Assembly: GCA_046563655.1 (NCBI GenBank)
Contig: CM102288.1
Location: 5,022,001 to 5,086,000 of the forward strand
DNA length: 64,000 nt
Source of the DNA: Yuukianura sp. NJ FZ-2021
Lineage: Eukaryota
Direction: 5' to 3'
In this document: positions 49,101 through 63,373 of the stretch, piece by piece
How positions within the stretch are numbered: position 1 is the stretch's first letter
Layout: the number at the start of each line of letters is the position of its first letter
Program-made: the position numbers and the translations under genes
Notes under the pieces: generated by a model
What the model was told of the DNA's origin: nothing
What the model saw: the letters and a program-made list of their open reading frames with translations, nothing else
Databases searched by the model: none

Positions 49101-52100
49101 ATGGATCTTCGCCTTCCCCCATCTCGCTTTTCATCTTCTCCAAAAACTCTTGCTGCTTTCGGCGCATCTCCTCGGTAGCTTGTCTCCGCCGTTCACTCGC
49201 TCTTTTCTTACGTTCCGCCTCTTCTTCAGCTTCGCGAACCAGTTTAGCCTCTTCAGCTTCCATCTCCTTTGGCCATAATCGATTCTTTACTTCCAAAATG
49301 TGCTGGCGACAGGAGGCGTCGAGGGAAGCCATTTTGTCCAGCACATTCGCAATGAAGAAAGGGCCGTCTCCAATACGAGAAGCATAGGGTTCCTTCTGCC
49401 TTGTAGCCTTGAACAGTTGAGAGTAGAAGGCAGGCGTGTAAATGTCGTCACGGAACGTTGCAGGATCCAGCCCTGTCGTTCCTCCGCATTTCGTTTCTTC
49501 CACGATATCTCTACCAATCGGCGTGTCCCAGTAGGGCGTATAGCTGTCGGCAGAGGCAGACAACTTGGCGTGAAGCTTCAGCAGTAGCGAGATAATGGAT
49601 TCGCCCACCGGAACCTCCACAGCAACGGATGCATCAGTCTGAAAATAGAAAAGGAGATGCTCATTTCAAGTTTGGAATTCTACGTACTAACCAGCCTGTC
49701 GTTTCTTTTACGTTTTGCAAGAAAAATGAAAAATTAATCAAAGTCAAACTAAATCATACTTACCGTGCTGGGGTACACTCCAATCCCCTTCTTGTGAGCC
49801 TTCAAAATTGGCTTCGGTGAGTGCAGCACCATTTGCAAGTTTCTCCTTCGCATTTCATCGTCACGCGAATGACCTCGGATTGGTCCTTCATGCAGCAAAG
49901 CTCGGACGGGAGGCATTCTCACTCCTGCGCAACAAAATCTTAATTCCCTTGTACTCTTATTTTTGTACTTATAGTGGTTAGGTTAGTGGTCGTTAGGACC
50001 CAGACCCGCCGGCTAGGGCTAACCACCTATATAACTTACGTTCTCCTTGTCCCATGGCAGACATGTTGTGAGGCTGGCGGTTACTACCGTGCGATGGTAC
50101 TGGATTGGCTCTCGGATTACGCATGTCATACAGCTGCAGCGGACCGAACATGTCCACGTCCATACCGTCATCTTCGCCCAGATCTAAAAAAACAAACAGA
50201 GTTAGTTAGTCCGCATACGTTATGTTTTCGATTTCACTCAAATCATTATAAACACCGTTTCTTTAAAATTTAAGTCTGGTAGTGTTAGTTTACGTTAAAA
50301 AATGTCTAACCTTCTTCAGAGGAATCAGAATGTGTGGATTGCTCGGTAGGTGGCTTGGCCAGCACAGAGTCAATTGGTGTTCGGACATTGGTTAGTACAG
50401 AATCCGAGCCGAACCAAGTGTTGAAGGCCATGTCAAACTTGTCAGTTGGCTCATCCTGGTCCATGCTGGACAACACCTACAAAACGTCCAAATGAAATCA
50501 CTCAATGAATCATCTTCCACTTACTTATCTATCACTTACGTCTTGTCCAATGGGCTCCGTCACACTGAGTGCCAATTCGAGGAGGTAGACGGCGAGTGAC
50601 ACAAGTTGGTCCGACGATTGCCTTCCATTGACTGCTTTGAAGAAGACGACGAGGAGCAGTCCATGCAGTACTCTGCTCTGCAGTACAAAACGAGGGTCCT
50701 TGTAATGGGCGTCTGCTAACTGCGGAATTCGGAAGGGAGGCCAAGGGGTCCCTTTGAACTTCCCCGTCTGCTTCACACTGAAACATTTAATTCCAACAGT
50801 TATGTCTATTTCAAGTTTTTTTTGTTGTTGAAAAATGAAAACCAATGTTTTTAAGTGATAAGATGGCTTACAAATCCGTGAATCTGTCGAGTGATGTTTG
50901 AAAGTCCTTGCGATGAACTGCTCTGAGCAAGATGTAGATCGGATCGTAGAGTGTTTCCCAAACTTCGTGCTTCGGAACGTACATTCCCTGCAGCATATTT
51001 CCATGCTCAAAGTTTGGTGCTCGGTAGTCAGCAACCTAGAAGGAAATGAGGGAACGACCCCAAGTTAGCGCAATAAAAAAAGTTATACATTTATAACTGA
51101 ATAATATATATTTATAATTTATTTAAATTATTTCGAAGATATTTATAATTAATTATTTGTAGGTTATATCCTTACTTGGGAGAGAACGTGCTCAAAATCC
51201 TTAGATTGGGAGCTGTTCCCACAACGCTCCGGCATTAGTTCCATCAATTGACTGTGCGTCTTGTCGCCCATGCAAAGCAGCGTTACCATTTCCAGCGACA
51301 CCAGATCGCTGTCAGACACTCCAATCGATGTTCTCACTGAGGCTAAAGTTGCGAGAAAGATTAGACAATTCTCGAGCATCAGGATCTCATGGTCAGTGTC
51401 CAGGGATGAGTTCGTCGCTGTCTCAGATACGCTCAGCGACTCCAAAACGTTGAACCTGCACAAAAATTAAAACAGTTAGTGACTCCTTGTCAAACAGACA
51501 AGCGAAACAGCTTGGAGCATTTTAGGCCCTAACCTGTTGAAAACCGTAAGAAGGAACTCGTGATAGGGGAGGTTCATCATGGCCACTTGGAGGAGAAACA
51601 GATCAGCGTCCACCATGGAGTTGCAAAAGTGGCATTGGACGTAGGTCATGGCCTGTCCTTTGATCTGTAGTCCGTTTCTCACCCACAGTCCACTGATGAT
51701 TTCGTAGAATCCTGTTTGGACTCTCAAGGGATGCTGGATGATTGCGGAGAGCTCTTTGGGTGAAGGGAGGAGTTCGGCCAGCGACAGTCCTTGGTTCCTT
51801 ACGCCTTGGTAGAGGAAGACAGAGAGGTAGCGGTGCAGAGGGAGATGGAAAGTCACTTGGTCATCATCAAGCTAAATAAAAAAACAATTTCAGATATTTC
51901 TCGGTTTGTTTCCCAGTTCGTTTTTAAGCTTTTCAAAATTTTCAAAAAACGAATTGAATTACGTCGTAGCCATTGAATCCAATTCGTTCGAACCAGTTGC
52001 TCAAGTGTTGCTTGCAAATGTTGATGAGGTTCTTCGTGAGATGGGCTGTCGAAGCATCCCTGAGGTGGGATACAAGCGCCCACATCGGAGAAGCGCTCGC

Positions 52101-54013
52101 TTCCAGCTCAGTGGAAAACGCGGCGTAGTACGTCGTCGGCTCATACTCGACGTGCTGGTGCAGTTCACGCTGGTTGGTGTTCATCCCTTGTAAATTGAAA
52201 ATATCATACTTAGTAACTTCCTTAAACAATGCTAAATCAACATTGTTTAAAATACGTGTTTAGTTTTGGACTTTACCTTGGAAGAGGGCGAGGAAGTTGA
52301 ACCACATGTCGATAAGCGTGTCGTCCTCTAAGAATCGAATTGCCACTGGTTGGTGTGACAGGATATTATTGAGATCCGAGACGAGTGGCCAGTAGCAGTG
52401 GTCCTTCATGCACTGGTTCCCGCAGTCAACTACCAAATGAACGTTTTTCCCGCCTTCCGACGACAGTGTGCTGGGCACCGTGATCTTATTCATCATGTAC
52501 GTGAGGCTCATGACCATCACTTGCAAAAGTCCCATCTGCTCAGCCATGCGGAGAGCCAACTTCTCGTTTGAAAAGAGCTGCACCGAGACGTGGACCACCC
52601 GATTAGAAAGCATGTCCGGATCCGAAGACTGGACTAGCAACTGAGAGATTCTGCCGTAGTGAAGCACAAATGCACGCGTAAAGGCCTCCTGGGAAACAAA
52701 GAGATTCTCGTTAGTTCGTTTCATTTCCGGAGAGATAATAATAGTGTCTTACTTTGTAGTCTTCGTCCGGAAGCAAATTGAGAAGAAGACAGACAATTTT
52801 TTGAGGAAACTCAAATTTGGCTGTCCAGAATACGAATTCTTCCAAGAAAGTACGGTGGACCAGTTCCTGGACCAAACCTGGTGTATCTATATCAAATAAG
52901 AACAGAACAAAGCAATTGTAGCACAAGTCCATGTTACAAGTTGTAACCTAACAACTTAAAGCTTAAGCCATTTGAAAGTGTTTGTAAACATAGTTTAGTT
53001 TACCGCTGCACTCTGGGGGTGGTTTGGGATTGGGGAGTGAGCGAAGTGCCTGTTCATAAGCATATTTCGATCCCTTCATGTACTCGTAGTAAGCTGGATT
53101 AGCAGAAGCGTCAATCTCATCGACGTCGGTCAAGTTTTTATAAACCTGAAATAGGACACAACAGAGCAACAATTAGGAGTCAGCACCGGCGCTTGTCGAG
53201 AAGACAGGGAAAACGACACCGAAACGATTAATGTACCTGCGGGTTTGTTAGTGCATGCGTCATCACTTGTCTCATGGCTGCTCCCATTCCGCTCATATCG
53301 TACAGCATGGAAATGAAACCGTCTGCATCTTGCACACTGCCTAGAAAACCACTCAGTGAATTGCTGTTGTCACGCATGTGTTGGATAAGTCTAAGAATGA
53401 GTCTGGGCATCATTTGGGACGCAACACAAAGGAGGTCCGGCGGAGCTGCATTGGGGCCCTCTGCGGAGAGACTTGAATTCCTTGAGTGTGGGCCATGGAG
53501 ATAGCAGAATCCTGACTCCTTCATGACATTCATGTCTCCACAGTCACAGGCGCCCCCAGCCTGACTTCTGAACATATTGAAGTCATGTCCAGTGTGATTC
53601 CCTCGTTGAAAGCACTCGGCACACAGAGACATACATGGCGATATCCCACATGTCCTACACCTGTAGGCAACAAAGTTGGCCGTCCAAACCAAACCACAAG
53701 TCGTCGCATCATCATACTTGCGAACTAAACATAAACGGGCGAATTACGAAAAGAGAACAGATTTTGGTGGAAGTGGTTTATGCTAGACTTTATTACCGTT
53801 CGCTGTGAATTCTTCCGGAGAGCAGCCTCCAGCCATAAGCCACTTTATCCACTCGATCAGTTCGAAAGAGTCGTTGTCAATCCTCTTCTGCGGATCAAGA
53901 AGCGAATCAAGCATCATCTTCAACGTCTCTGGCGTTGAGCTACGGCAACACTCGGCTCGGATGTAAGCGGCAGCCGCATTCTTTTTCTTATTCATCAGTA
54001 CTTCGATATCCAT
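46157..54013 (-). CDS. UBR3: E3 ubiquitin-protein ligase UBR3; many exons
   Basis: UBR box (VWTANFVAYRCRTCGISPCMSLCAECF...GGACDCGD); LSNRVVHVSVQLFSNE; GLWVRNGLQIKGQAMTY; split RING (CVIC...TCGHHLHHDC...CPLCRQLANS); C-terminal CGAGTAMYL...[20 protein letters not shown]. Confidence 0.96.
47377..47756. mobile_element. 380-bp hAT-type MITE in a UBR3 intron
   Basis: TIRs CAGTGTTGCT / AGCAACACTG, a perfect 8-bp TSD ATAATTAG (47369-47376, 47757-47764), and the subterminal motif CTTCCACTGGATATCCG present twice. Confidence 0.85.
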
Positions 54014-56229
54014 GTTACACGGTGAGATCGACTAAGTAAGCAGTCCTGTATCAGAAACGAAAAAAACGAGATTATCGATTAACACCTCAGAGTCAGAGCA
54101 AAGTTTTTCTTTTTTGTTGTAAATTGGAAGGATAAAGTTCCACCTTCACAACACGAAACAAAATACACCTGGAGACGTGTAATGGACAGCTTTGAGCTTA
54201 TTCAGCATATGCGACAACACGGAGAATAGTATTTTGTTTGTGAAATTCCTACTTTTATTTTATTGTAAACCAATGTACCAAATTATTCTTAGCTGATGAG
54301 TTGTTTCTGTTTCTGGTAGCAGAGTTGCACTGAGGTCACTGAACTTAGGGGTCAGTCTCCCCTCTTTTGGGCATTGTTACTACTTCTTTTTAGGTTTTGT
54401 GTCTACGAAACAATCAAGACAACGGGTGAGGTCAGAAGACAAACAGCTGAATTGAATATGAATTCAGTGAGTTGAAGTTGAAATCGAATACTAAAAGCGT
54501 TAACGGTGGTATTTCCTAACACCTCTATTGGAGGTGGCTGCCGATTCCTCAGAATTTTTGTGGTAACGTTCATTGCGTCTGAATTCGCAGGATTAGTCGC
54601 ATCGTCGCTAAAACTGTTCCGAATCATACTGTATAAATTTTACAGTAAACAGTTACTTCCCCTTGCCCCTAGGCACGACCACAAGTGTCTTTTTCTTGCG
54701 GTCAATTTCGAATGGAAACAACACATATTTAATTGACGACTACGAATGTATTCGCAAAAATAGAAATACGATTTTAGATGAGGTTGAATGGTTTGAATGG
54801 CGATTTTGAGTTATTATTATTGAATTCGAACAGCCGAACCAAGTAGAGAAATGACTAACTTTGGTTAACGGAACACGAATTAGCATAGGGAACCCTCCTC
54901 GATTGCTCCCGTCATTTAAACCTCAACACGACATACATAATGAGTAGTTTAGAAAATGAGTAGTTTGGATGGTATAAGACGTGACATAAAATAGCGAGCA
55001 CATCTACTATGGTTGGGTTTGCTTAATCTAACGAGTAGTAACAAAATTTGTTTAGTTTACGGCGTTGTTACAAATTCGGCGGCGGCAGTCACGCTCTATG
55101 GGCACAACTGATGCAAGTCCGTCTTCCGCCAACAAAAGCGTCATTACAAACAAATGCAAAACTAAAAATACGTAAAAATTTGAATAAATTAAAGCCAATA
55201 AATGCGACGTCGATAATTTGGCTCAGTTGTTCGGATATCGATATCTTATCTACAAGGAGCGGACCGAGGGGAGGCCCGACGAGCAGAGGTGTTAATTCCG
55301 CCAAACTTATCCGTCATAATAACAGTCTATGGCGTACGGCGTAATATGAACACTCTAAGTTTGAGAGCTTTCGGTGTCTGTGTAGGGTTACAGACTGTAG
55401 TATAAAATACCTAACATGTCTTGCGAAAGAATGGATAACTGAAATCTGATGAATGAATTAATTGTTTAAATCTGTCTCGTAGCCTAGCTTATGCCATATC
55501 GCGTTATTCCGTATCCGTCTATTGCATCTTTACCTAATAACCGCGTCGCGAAAGGTAAAAACGTTGTGTGGCCTTATATAGCCATATGGCATAGCCTGTA
55601 GTACCAATGATCAGCTGAGTAAGAGACGATGTACTGGTTAATTGGAGAAGAGTTCCCCCGGGACTGGGACATGGGACTCTTCCGAAGCCTAATTTCATCC
55701 ATTTAAGAAAGTAGTTAGTAAATTAAAATCAAGGAGATTGAACTCCAATTCTTTTTTGCTAGTGTAAGTTCCGTAGTCTTTGTCTTTTGTGGTTTCTAGA
55801 ACTTATTTCCCCAGCGTAGCCGTTATCATCGACAACACGACAAGAGGCAAAGGCAAGGGACAGCTAATTGGTGATTGGGAGGAACCGACGATACGAAAGT
55901 ACACTTTAAAAGCCACTCGTCTAATCTTTTTCTTTATCCAGAGTTATCCATACCTGTGTACTTTTCTGAGGAGTGAATGGTAAGTGGTTAGGTAAACTAA
56001 TGTAAGCAATGTCAATTTACACATTGTTTACCGGGTTGTTGAGAATTTTATCATTTGACTTTCATTTGTTTGTAGTTGAGTTGAGATTGAGAGACTGCTC
56101 GAGAGATCAGAGAAGAGAATGCCACATCTGAATGGACGTTACTGAAAGGTTTCATGGACAGTTGCCCTGTAGGATCTACTTCTCCTTTTTCCAGTCACAC
56201 ACGTCGGGCCTTTAGTAATCATAATCACG

Positions 56230-58980
56230 ATGACTCAACACAAGATCAATATCAAACTTCTACCCGTGAAGACACACTACTTCTTCTTCAATGCCGGTAA
56301 GTAAGACTCAATTGACTCAAAGTGCTGTATGTTGATGAAGGATTATAAGTTGAATTCTTTTGGTTTTCAGCTGGAGCTGCAATATGGCCCTTTGTACCGC
56401 TTATTGGAAAGCAAATGGGAATATCAGCTGACGCTGTAGGGTAACTGCCAAACCCATCTTTGACTGGAATTTATGATCCTTATTAATAGTGAAGAGTTAA
56501 TTCAGCTTTTTGAATTTGAAGCATCGTCTATGCAATTGCTCCAATCGTGGCTTGCCTTTCCAAACCATTCTTCGGACTAGTGGCTGACCGCTTGAAAAAA
56601 CGGAAGAAAACGTTCTTGTTTTTCTTACTGTTGGCCCTCACATCATCTCTCTCACTCGGATTCCTACCGCAAGTTCAACCAAAGCGTCCTGTTGTCTTTG
56701 AGTGCGGAAACCTCGGCTCCAACTATCTCATTCAGCGCAGTGGCAGTCCTCACTCTGGTCAGGACACGATATTGACGGCCATCAGACACAATTCCTATGC
56801 AAACGTCAACAATACCTCCACTCCTCTTGACGACATATGTCATCTCAGATGTGACATTCATACGTTCGTGGAAGGCAGCGATTTCTGTAATAATTTGAAC
56901 TTGGACGAAAGTGAATTGCCTGAGCGATGTAGAGGAAGGTTGAGTGACCATTCCACTCGCTATTTGCCTTTACGCGACAATAACACGAATATGACAACCA
57001 AAGCAGACTCCATTCCTACTCCACCACCGCCTCAGATACGGCAAAGGAAGGTAGAGGCAAAGACTGTGATAGTTCCAGAACCTTACGAATTATACTTTGA
57101 CGTAACACTTAAAGTAAGTCAAAGCTACTCTCACCTTTTTTACTACATTCTGATGACTCTTCTTTATACATATTGATTTATATTATTTTTTATACAGCTG
57201 AACAGCACTGTACTAGTGGAGGGTGCGCTGTATCTACATGTGTCCAAGATCTCTTTCCACCCTCATGAAGACGGGCACTTTCGTGAATTTTCTTGTTTTG
57301 ACAGAACTAGTCTTACTTCCTGTTTTGCGGACTGTCCCAACCATCCTGACTTGAACAAGCAACTGGAGAGAGTGCTGGAAGATCCAGAATTCTTTGAGTC
57401 CTCTGCCTTCTGGCTCTACGGAATACTCGTCGTCTTGGCATTTACGGCGTATGCTGTGTCAACTTCTGTGAGTGACGCTCTATGCTTCCAGACGCTTGGT
57501 AAGCTCCAATATATCTCTAGTTCTACTTTACTTTATAAAATTCTGTTACTGTTAAGATCAATTTCATTTTCATTCATTGCAGGTTCTAAACCACAGAATT
57601 ACGGAATGCAGAGGCAGTGGGGTGCTGTGGGTTGGGGAATTTTTACGCTGGTAGCAGGATATTTGATTGACACGAGCAGTGATGGGCTCCTGCTCAAGGA
57701 CTACACTCCCTGCTTCTACCTTTTAGCTGTTTTGTATACACTCGACCTCATTGTCGTCTACAAATGGGATGTAAGTCACACTTGGGGCAACTTGAACACC
57801 TATTGGACAAGCATTATACTAGAAAAAAACATTTAACTTAAATCTGTTTTAAAAAATTGCGATGCATCCAATTCCTCATTTTGAATTTGATTCAAACTGG
57901 AACTTTCGTTTTTAAGGTCGACGAGGTTGACAAACCGAAGCAAATCCGACGTGATATTTGGAAGTTAGTGACAAACTTGAGGATAATTCTATTCGCCTTT
58001 GCTTGTATGATTGTGGGGATGTGTACTGCCATGCACTGGAACTTTCTCTTTTGGTAAAAACATATTGACTATTACATCTACATAGTATACTTTTCTAGCT
58101 TAATTTCAACGTGTAATTTGAATTTACAGGTACGTTGAAGACTTGGCAGCACATGACCGCGGCATAATGGACTGGATCAAAGTTCTCCAGGGCGTCATGG
58201 TAGCCGTCCAGTGTTTCTCCGAACTCCCGTTTTTCCACTATGCTGGTAACGTTTCGCTTGTACTGTAAATGTCAATGGATTATTCTTGAAGTGAGTATTG
58301 TTTTTGTGTAGGGTGGTTTCTGAAAAAGCTGGGCTACATTCATGCCATGACGCTCGTTCTCTTTGCCTTTGGCGTTCGGTTCCTCATTTACTCGGTTTTG
58401 GCGCATCCGTGGGCTTTTGTGCCAGTGGAGTTGTTTCAAGGAATCACCTTTGGAATCTTTTACTCTCTGATGACGTCTTATGCTAGTGCCATAAGCCCGC
58501 CCGGTGCAGCATCCACAATACAGGGTCTCGTGGGAGCAGTGTTCGAAGGCGTTGGTAAGTGTCACGAGTATCTCTTACAGCGATTACCCAATGATGACAT
58601 TGCGACTGTGTAGAAACAAGTATCTAATATATTTGTGTCAACTGCAGGCGTTGCACTTGGAAGTCTGATAGGAGGAATCCTGTACAAGACATGGCAGGGA
58701 AGCACAGCCTACATGCTTTTTGGATTTGGAGCTCTCCTGTTTGCCCTTCTGCATGCCATCCTCACTGCCTTCTTGGGAAATATTCCGAAGGCCTACGACA
58801 GAGGTAAGAAAGAACGTTGATCAAAGTAAGATAGTTGATTTTTGATTGTAAATCAAGAATCAAGTAATGTTCTCTCCTAATTTTTTTTTCTGATTTGATT
58901 TTGCAGAGTGCTTGGAGCAGGAAGAGGGTCAAGAGATGTGCAAAGTCAACGGAGCATCACAAGAACTGGATGTGGATTGA
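56230..58980 (+). CDS. Major facilitator superfamily transporter, MFSD6-like; multi-exon
   Basis: KINIKLLPVKTHYFFFNA; KPFFGLVADR; large Cys-containing loop; YGMQRQWGAVGWG; WNFLFW; CFSELPFF; ELFQGITFG; TIQGLVGAVFEGVG. Confidence 0.9.
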
Positions 58981-60460
58981 TGAAGGCGAAGGGACGATGG
59001 CCATTGGCCATGTTGTACCACAGCTAAGGACTCGCACAAGTTCCAACGATCCATCCTGGACATACAACCCTTGGCTTGTTTCCAGCTTCAGCCATCGTAC
59101 TGCTAAAATGCTGCACTCGTTATTTTCCTAGAGGGTTTGTCCATGGATGGATCGGGTCGTTGAGAACAAATCCCCATCTTATCCAAATCTTTTGACTAAA
59201 TTTTATAACAAGAATAAAATTTTAAAGTGTAATGATTTGTAGATCTCTGCGAACAAACGGTTGGAGTAAACCACTGTTACATCTGTTGTAACCGCAAGGC
59301 GTAACCACCGACGCCAGTTTCGTAACCTCCCAATGGTTACAAACTTGGCTCAGAAAGGAAAACTTTTTCAGAATTTCTACGTTTTTCTTTTCATGTTTGT
59401 AACCAACGGACTGTAACCACACAAATCCCGATGGTGGTTACGCTGGGTGGTTACCACGGATGCAACTTTGGTTTCGCTTACAAACCGAATAACAATGTTA
59501 CAAGTCTACCCACAGTTTATTGTTTGATTAGGTTGCGTGGGAGGTGTTGGATCCCAGTAGGCATCTACTTACTAATATTTCCTAATTTTTAGTACGACAC
59601 AAGTAACATCCAACAAGTTAAGACGGGTAATAAGTTAAAATTGAAGTACATTTCCCAAATTAAAAATTAAACGCTCCTTACACCACTATTAGTAGTATAT
59701 GAATAGGTTAGTCAACTGCCGTTACACTTCCTCCGTTGTGTCCACTGGACGGTTGGAGGAGCGGAGCCATTTGAGATGTTAGACAGTTTAGTTCTACAGT
59801 TTGCTACTACTTACTAGAATACAATGTTTCTTTGTGGAATGTTTCAATCGCCGTCTCCCACTTGTATCCAATATAGAGTAGGATTATTTCATTTCATTCT
59901 TAGTTTACACATTCAGACGGCAGCGCTAGTACGTTCATTCTTACCAAAACAAAAAATAGGCTCAAACACCGGGACAAAAGTAGCTCTGAGCTAAGTGAAA
60001 GCGTCAAATACTGACAGGATTAACCGAGATGCAGTAAGCTTATAAGCCTTAAGTTGTGATGTGACTGGATGGCTAGGATTAAGAAGTGGGGAAGAGTAGA
60101 AAACTAAAGTAAAAGTAGGAAAGTGCCAAGGGATAATGCCCATTACTAGTCTAACGTGGGAAGATGTGACAAAGATTGATAAGTGGCTGGGAGATATGTG
60201 AGTGCAGGATGACAGTTGGATTGGAGGTTGTTAATTAAGATACTGCTGCGGTAGCTGCTCCGTGGTCATGACAACAATGGGAATAGAATAGGGGGAAGCA
60301 AGTCTTCTGCTTTTGGACTCCGAGGGATGATGAGAACAGAAACGTAGAAAAGTGTTCCCTCCAAGTCCATGGACTGGCGGCACTCGGCGGACAAAAGTTG
60401 AAAGGGGGGAAGCTGCCAAGGGAGGATGAAACGGAAGTGTTGATTGGTTGATGAGAGTGT

Positions 60461-63373
60461 TCACATGCAAGAGTGATCCCAGTCCAGCTCTTTGGTACGT
60501 GGGGGAGCAGCGGAGGTAGGGGCGGTGGGGCTGATGCAGTGTACTTGGTGCACCAATGGCACGCCACTGCCGTGCAGAGAACCGATGTTCGGGTGTGGTG
60601 GCTCTTCTGCGTCATCTTCTCCGTCAGAGGACGAGTCATCTCGGTAGCTCGAAGCTCCGTCATCCTCGTCCCAACTTTCATTCGGATTGTCACAGCGTCC
60701 TCCATGAGATCCGCCTGTCCCACTCGTGTTCTAATCAAACCAAAAAACTCATAATATTGCGCAATGTTTCAATTGTGCTGCCGTTCAACTCTCAATAATA
60801 GTGTTGTTGTTTGGACTAACATGGACACAGCCCTCCATTGGGTTGACGGTGATATTGAGTGCAGAGTCGTCCCAAGCCATTTCGGCGTCCGTCAACTCCT
60901 CCTGTTGAGATCGCCGCTGAGCTGCACGGATCCTAATCACTCCCAGTACGATCATGAAAAGCAGAAATCCCACGCACACCACAACGATTACCTGGATATA
61001 AAAAATGAAATAGTTACTCCCTTCATGTCTCAGATTTCTCTTGGTACTGTACATCACTTACCGTTACTGCGTGACTCGCTCCCACCTAAACGAAAAAGTG
61101 CCAATGTCATTCCGTGAATTTTTACAAATAGAAGTTATAAAAGAAATAAATAAATAAAAATAAAAGTTACAAAATTCTATGTCGTGAGGTTTACCTCCTG
61201 TCCTGCTTCGTACACAGTGCCTGAGACTAGAGTGTGTGGAGACTTCAAGTCTACGTGATGCTCTTCCACAAGTGCGTGTGCAATGGAGTTGTCCAGAACA
61301 GCGTGTTCCTCTGCCACTTGTTCCGTCTGGAGGGGATCGTCTGTGCTCTTTGTCAAATCAGGATGGATGACTGTCAACTGCAGCAAAAAAAGCACAGTTA
61401 TTTAGTTGCTTAGCAACAGTTTGAAATTAAGCGTCCAACTTTAGTATTTGGCTTACCGTCTGGACGTACTCGGAGCTGGTGAATCTTCCATTGAGTTCAG
61501 AACAAATTAGTTTGAAGGCTCTGTTGAGATAGTAGGCTGGCTTCTTATTACTGTACTGAATCTGGCGAAGGACCTGAAAATAAAGATAAAAATAATGAAA
61601 TAATGAACATAACTACTAAATTAATAAACAAAAGTTTATTTAATATAAATATTCGTCCAATCTTACTCACCTGCTCGTAATTGTAAATCATGTCGGCCCC
61701 CGTCAGGAAAACTCCGTCATTCGACACCTTCTCGACGATTCCAAGCTGACTCAGCATCGTTTCCGGAACCGTCAGCGACTCATGGTCTGGATTCAGCGGT
61801 GGATATACGGACACACTGCACGCATCTAGCTTTCTCTCAATCACACTCACCGGTTCTCCTGCAAAAAAATAATAATAATAATAAATAAATAAGTATGAAA
61901 ATACGAAATTCGCAACACTATCGATGTGTTGCAGTTACCATTTCTCCACTCCTCCATGTCATCACTGTGTGAAGAGATGGAGAGACGGACGTCTGAGAAG
62001 ACTCGGACGCCGAGACGGAAGTCCTCGTAATCCCTCGGCAGATTGGACGTTCCGTTGATTTGTATTGTGGGTTTCTGCGGAGGAAGAACCATCAGAAACG
62101 ACTCTGACGGTATGATCTTGATCTCCTTGCCAGACTCACATCTACAGTAAAACAAAGTGACAATCAACTGTAATCCAATTACACTTGATTGTAATCCAAT
62201 TAATGAAGTCTAATTAATTTAATGAACTGAGTTGCTTTGCCTCTCTCAACCCAACTTACACGACTTTTGTAGCCAAGAGAAGGTTTCTGCGTCCAGGCGT
62301 AGGGAATTCCCGAGTGTTGATGTAACCAACTCGACGAATCAGCGTTTCGATATCCGTTCGGTTTTCACCTTCTACCGTGATCTGCGTCATGTCTGTTACA
62401 ACACACAAAAGCATCTCAAGTAAGTAAAATACATAACAACAAGATTTTTTAGTGCAAAGAATCTCACCCGTGTTCGTCATGAGTTGCATGCCGGGTTGGA
62501 CAACTTCGATTCCCGGGACTTCAAGGCTCTCCTTGCACTTGTGTAGGCAGGAGAGGACCCTTGGATCCTCCTTCTTGCCAAGCAGAAGCGATAGTCCAGC
62601 CAAATAGCCTCTGAAGAAATGCTTGAACTTTGTCTCAGACCCTTGCCAGCATGCACCGATGCTCAGAGACGTGTTGAGGCCCTTGGCGGGATGCAGCGGC
62701 CAGTCGTCAATCACTTCTGGATTGTTCTTGTCCTGATGCACAGCTTGCCCATCTACATACAGTTGAACCTCTGGGAAGTCAACCGTGATGGCAAAATGAT
62801 GCCACTCGTCGTCACACACCTAAAAACACAATTTGAGAATATTAGCTGAAGGATAGGTTATTCTAGGTTAAGTTAAGATAGAAACTTACCTGTGAAACCT
62901 TCCATCGCCACTCGGCTGGCCGAAAAGTGTTCAAATCTCCTTCCGAGTGCTCTCTGCGCACGAGCAGGATGAGACGACAGTTTCTGACGAAGAGAGCAAA
63001 GTGATGACGATTCATCTCTGAAACAAAGTTAAGACAAACAATTCCATAAAATCCTCTCTCTGTTCCTGGGTAAATTGTAAAGAGAAAGAGAAGCAGAAGT
63101 GGAAATTACTGTGATCGTCGGCGTTGCAGATGATGTGTTCCTTCGTGTGACGATCCTGATCAGAATGAGCTGCATGTTTCATCCATGTTGCAATCGTAAA
63201 GTTGTCACCCAGCGGTCCAGCAACTACTCCGTCCGGCACGAGGACGGCAGTGCTGGTTCCATCAAATTCAAACATCGGGTCACTTTCATGACCTTCGTCC
63301 GTCGGCAGAGATTTTGTCCACTCTGCTCCCAGGCCGGGTGAAGGGAGCAAATCAACACTCTCCGAATTGGCTC
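60461..63373 (-). CDS. Cals: Calsyntenin, 3' part (LamG-like domain, TM, acidic tail); 5' exons lie beyond the window
   Basis: FTIATWMKH; FRPAEWRWK; CDDEWHH; NPEVIDDWPLHP; YINTREFPTPGRR; VIVVVCVGFLLFMIVLGVIRIR; kinesin-light-chain-binding W-acidic motifs EMAWDDSALNITVNP and ELDWD; stop at 60461. Confidence 0.95.

Noticed and set aside
46326..53715. Numerous plus-strand and off-frame ORFs
   Set aside because: They are shadows of the GC-richer UBR3 exons and show no independent motifs.
59235..59510. GTAACC/GGTTAC-rich segment, possible MITE
   Set aside because: Repeated motifs occur in both orientations, but no convincing TIR pair or TSD could be defined.
60231..60798. ORFs 60235-60738 and 60231-60470 as separate genes
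   Set aside because: They are wrong-frame or 3' UTR overlaps of the last calsyntenin exon, whose true frame ends ELDWDHSCM* at 60461.
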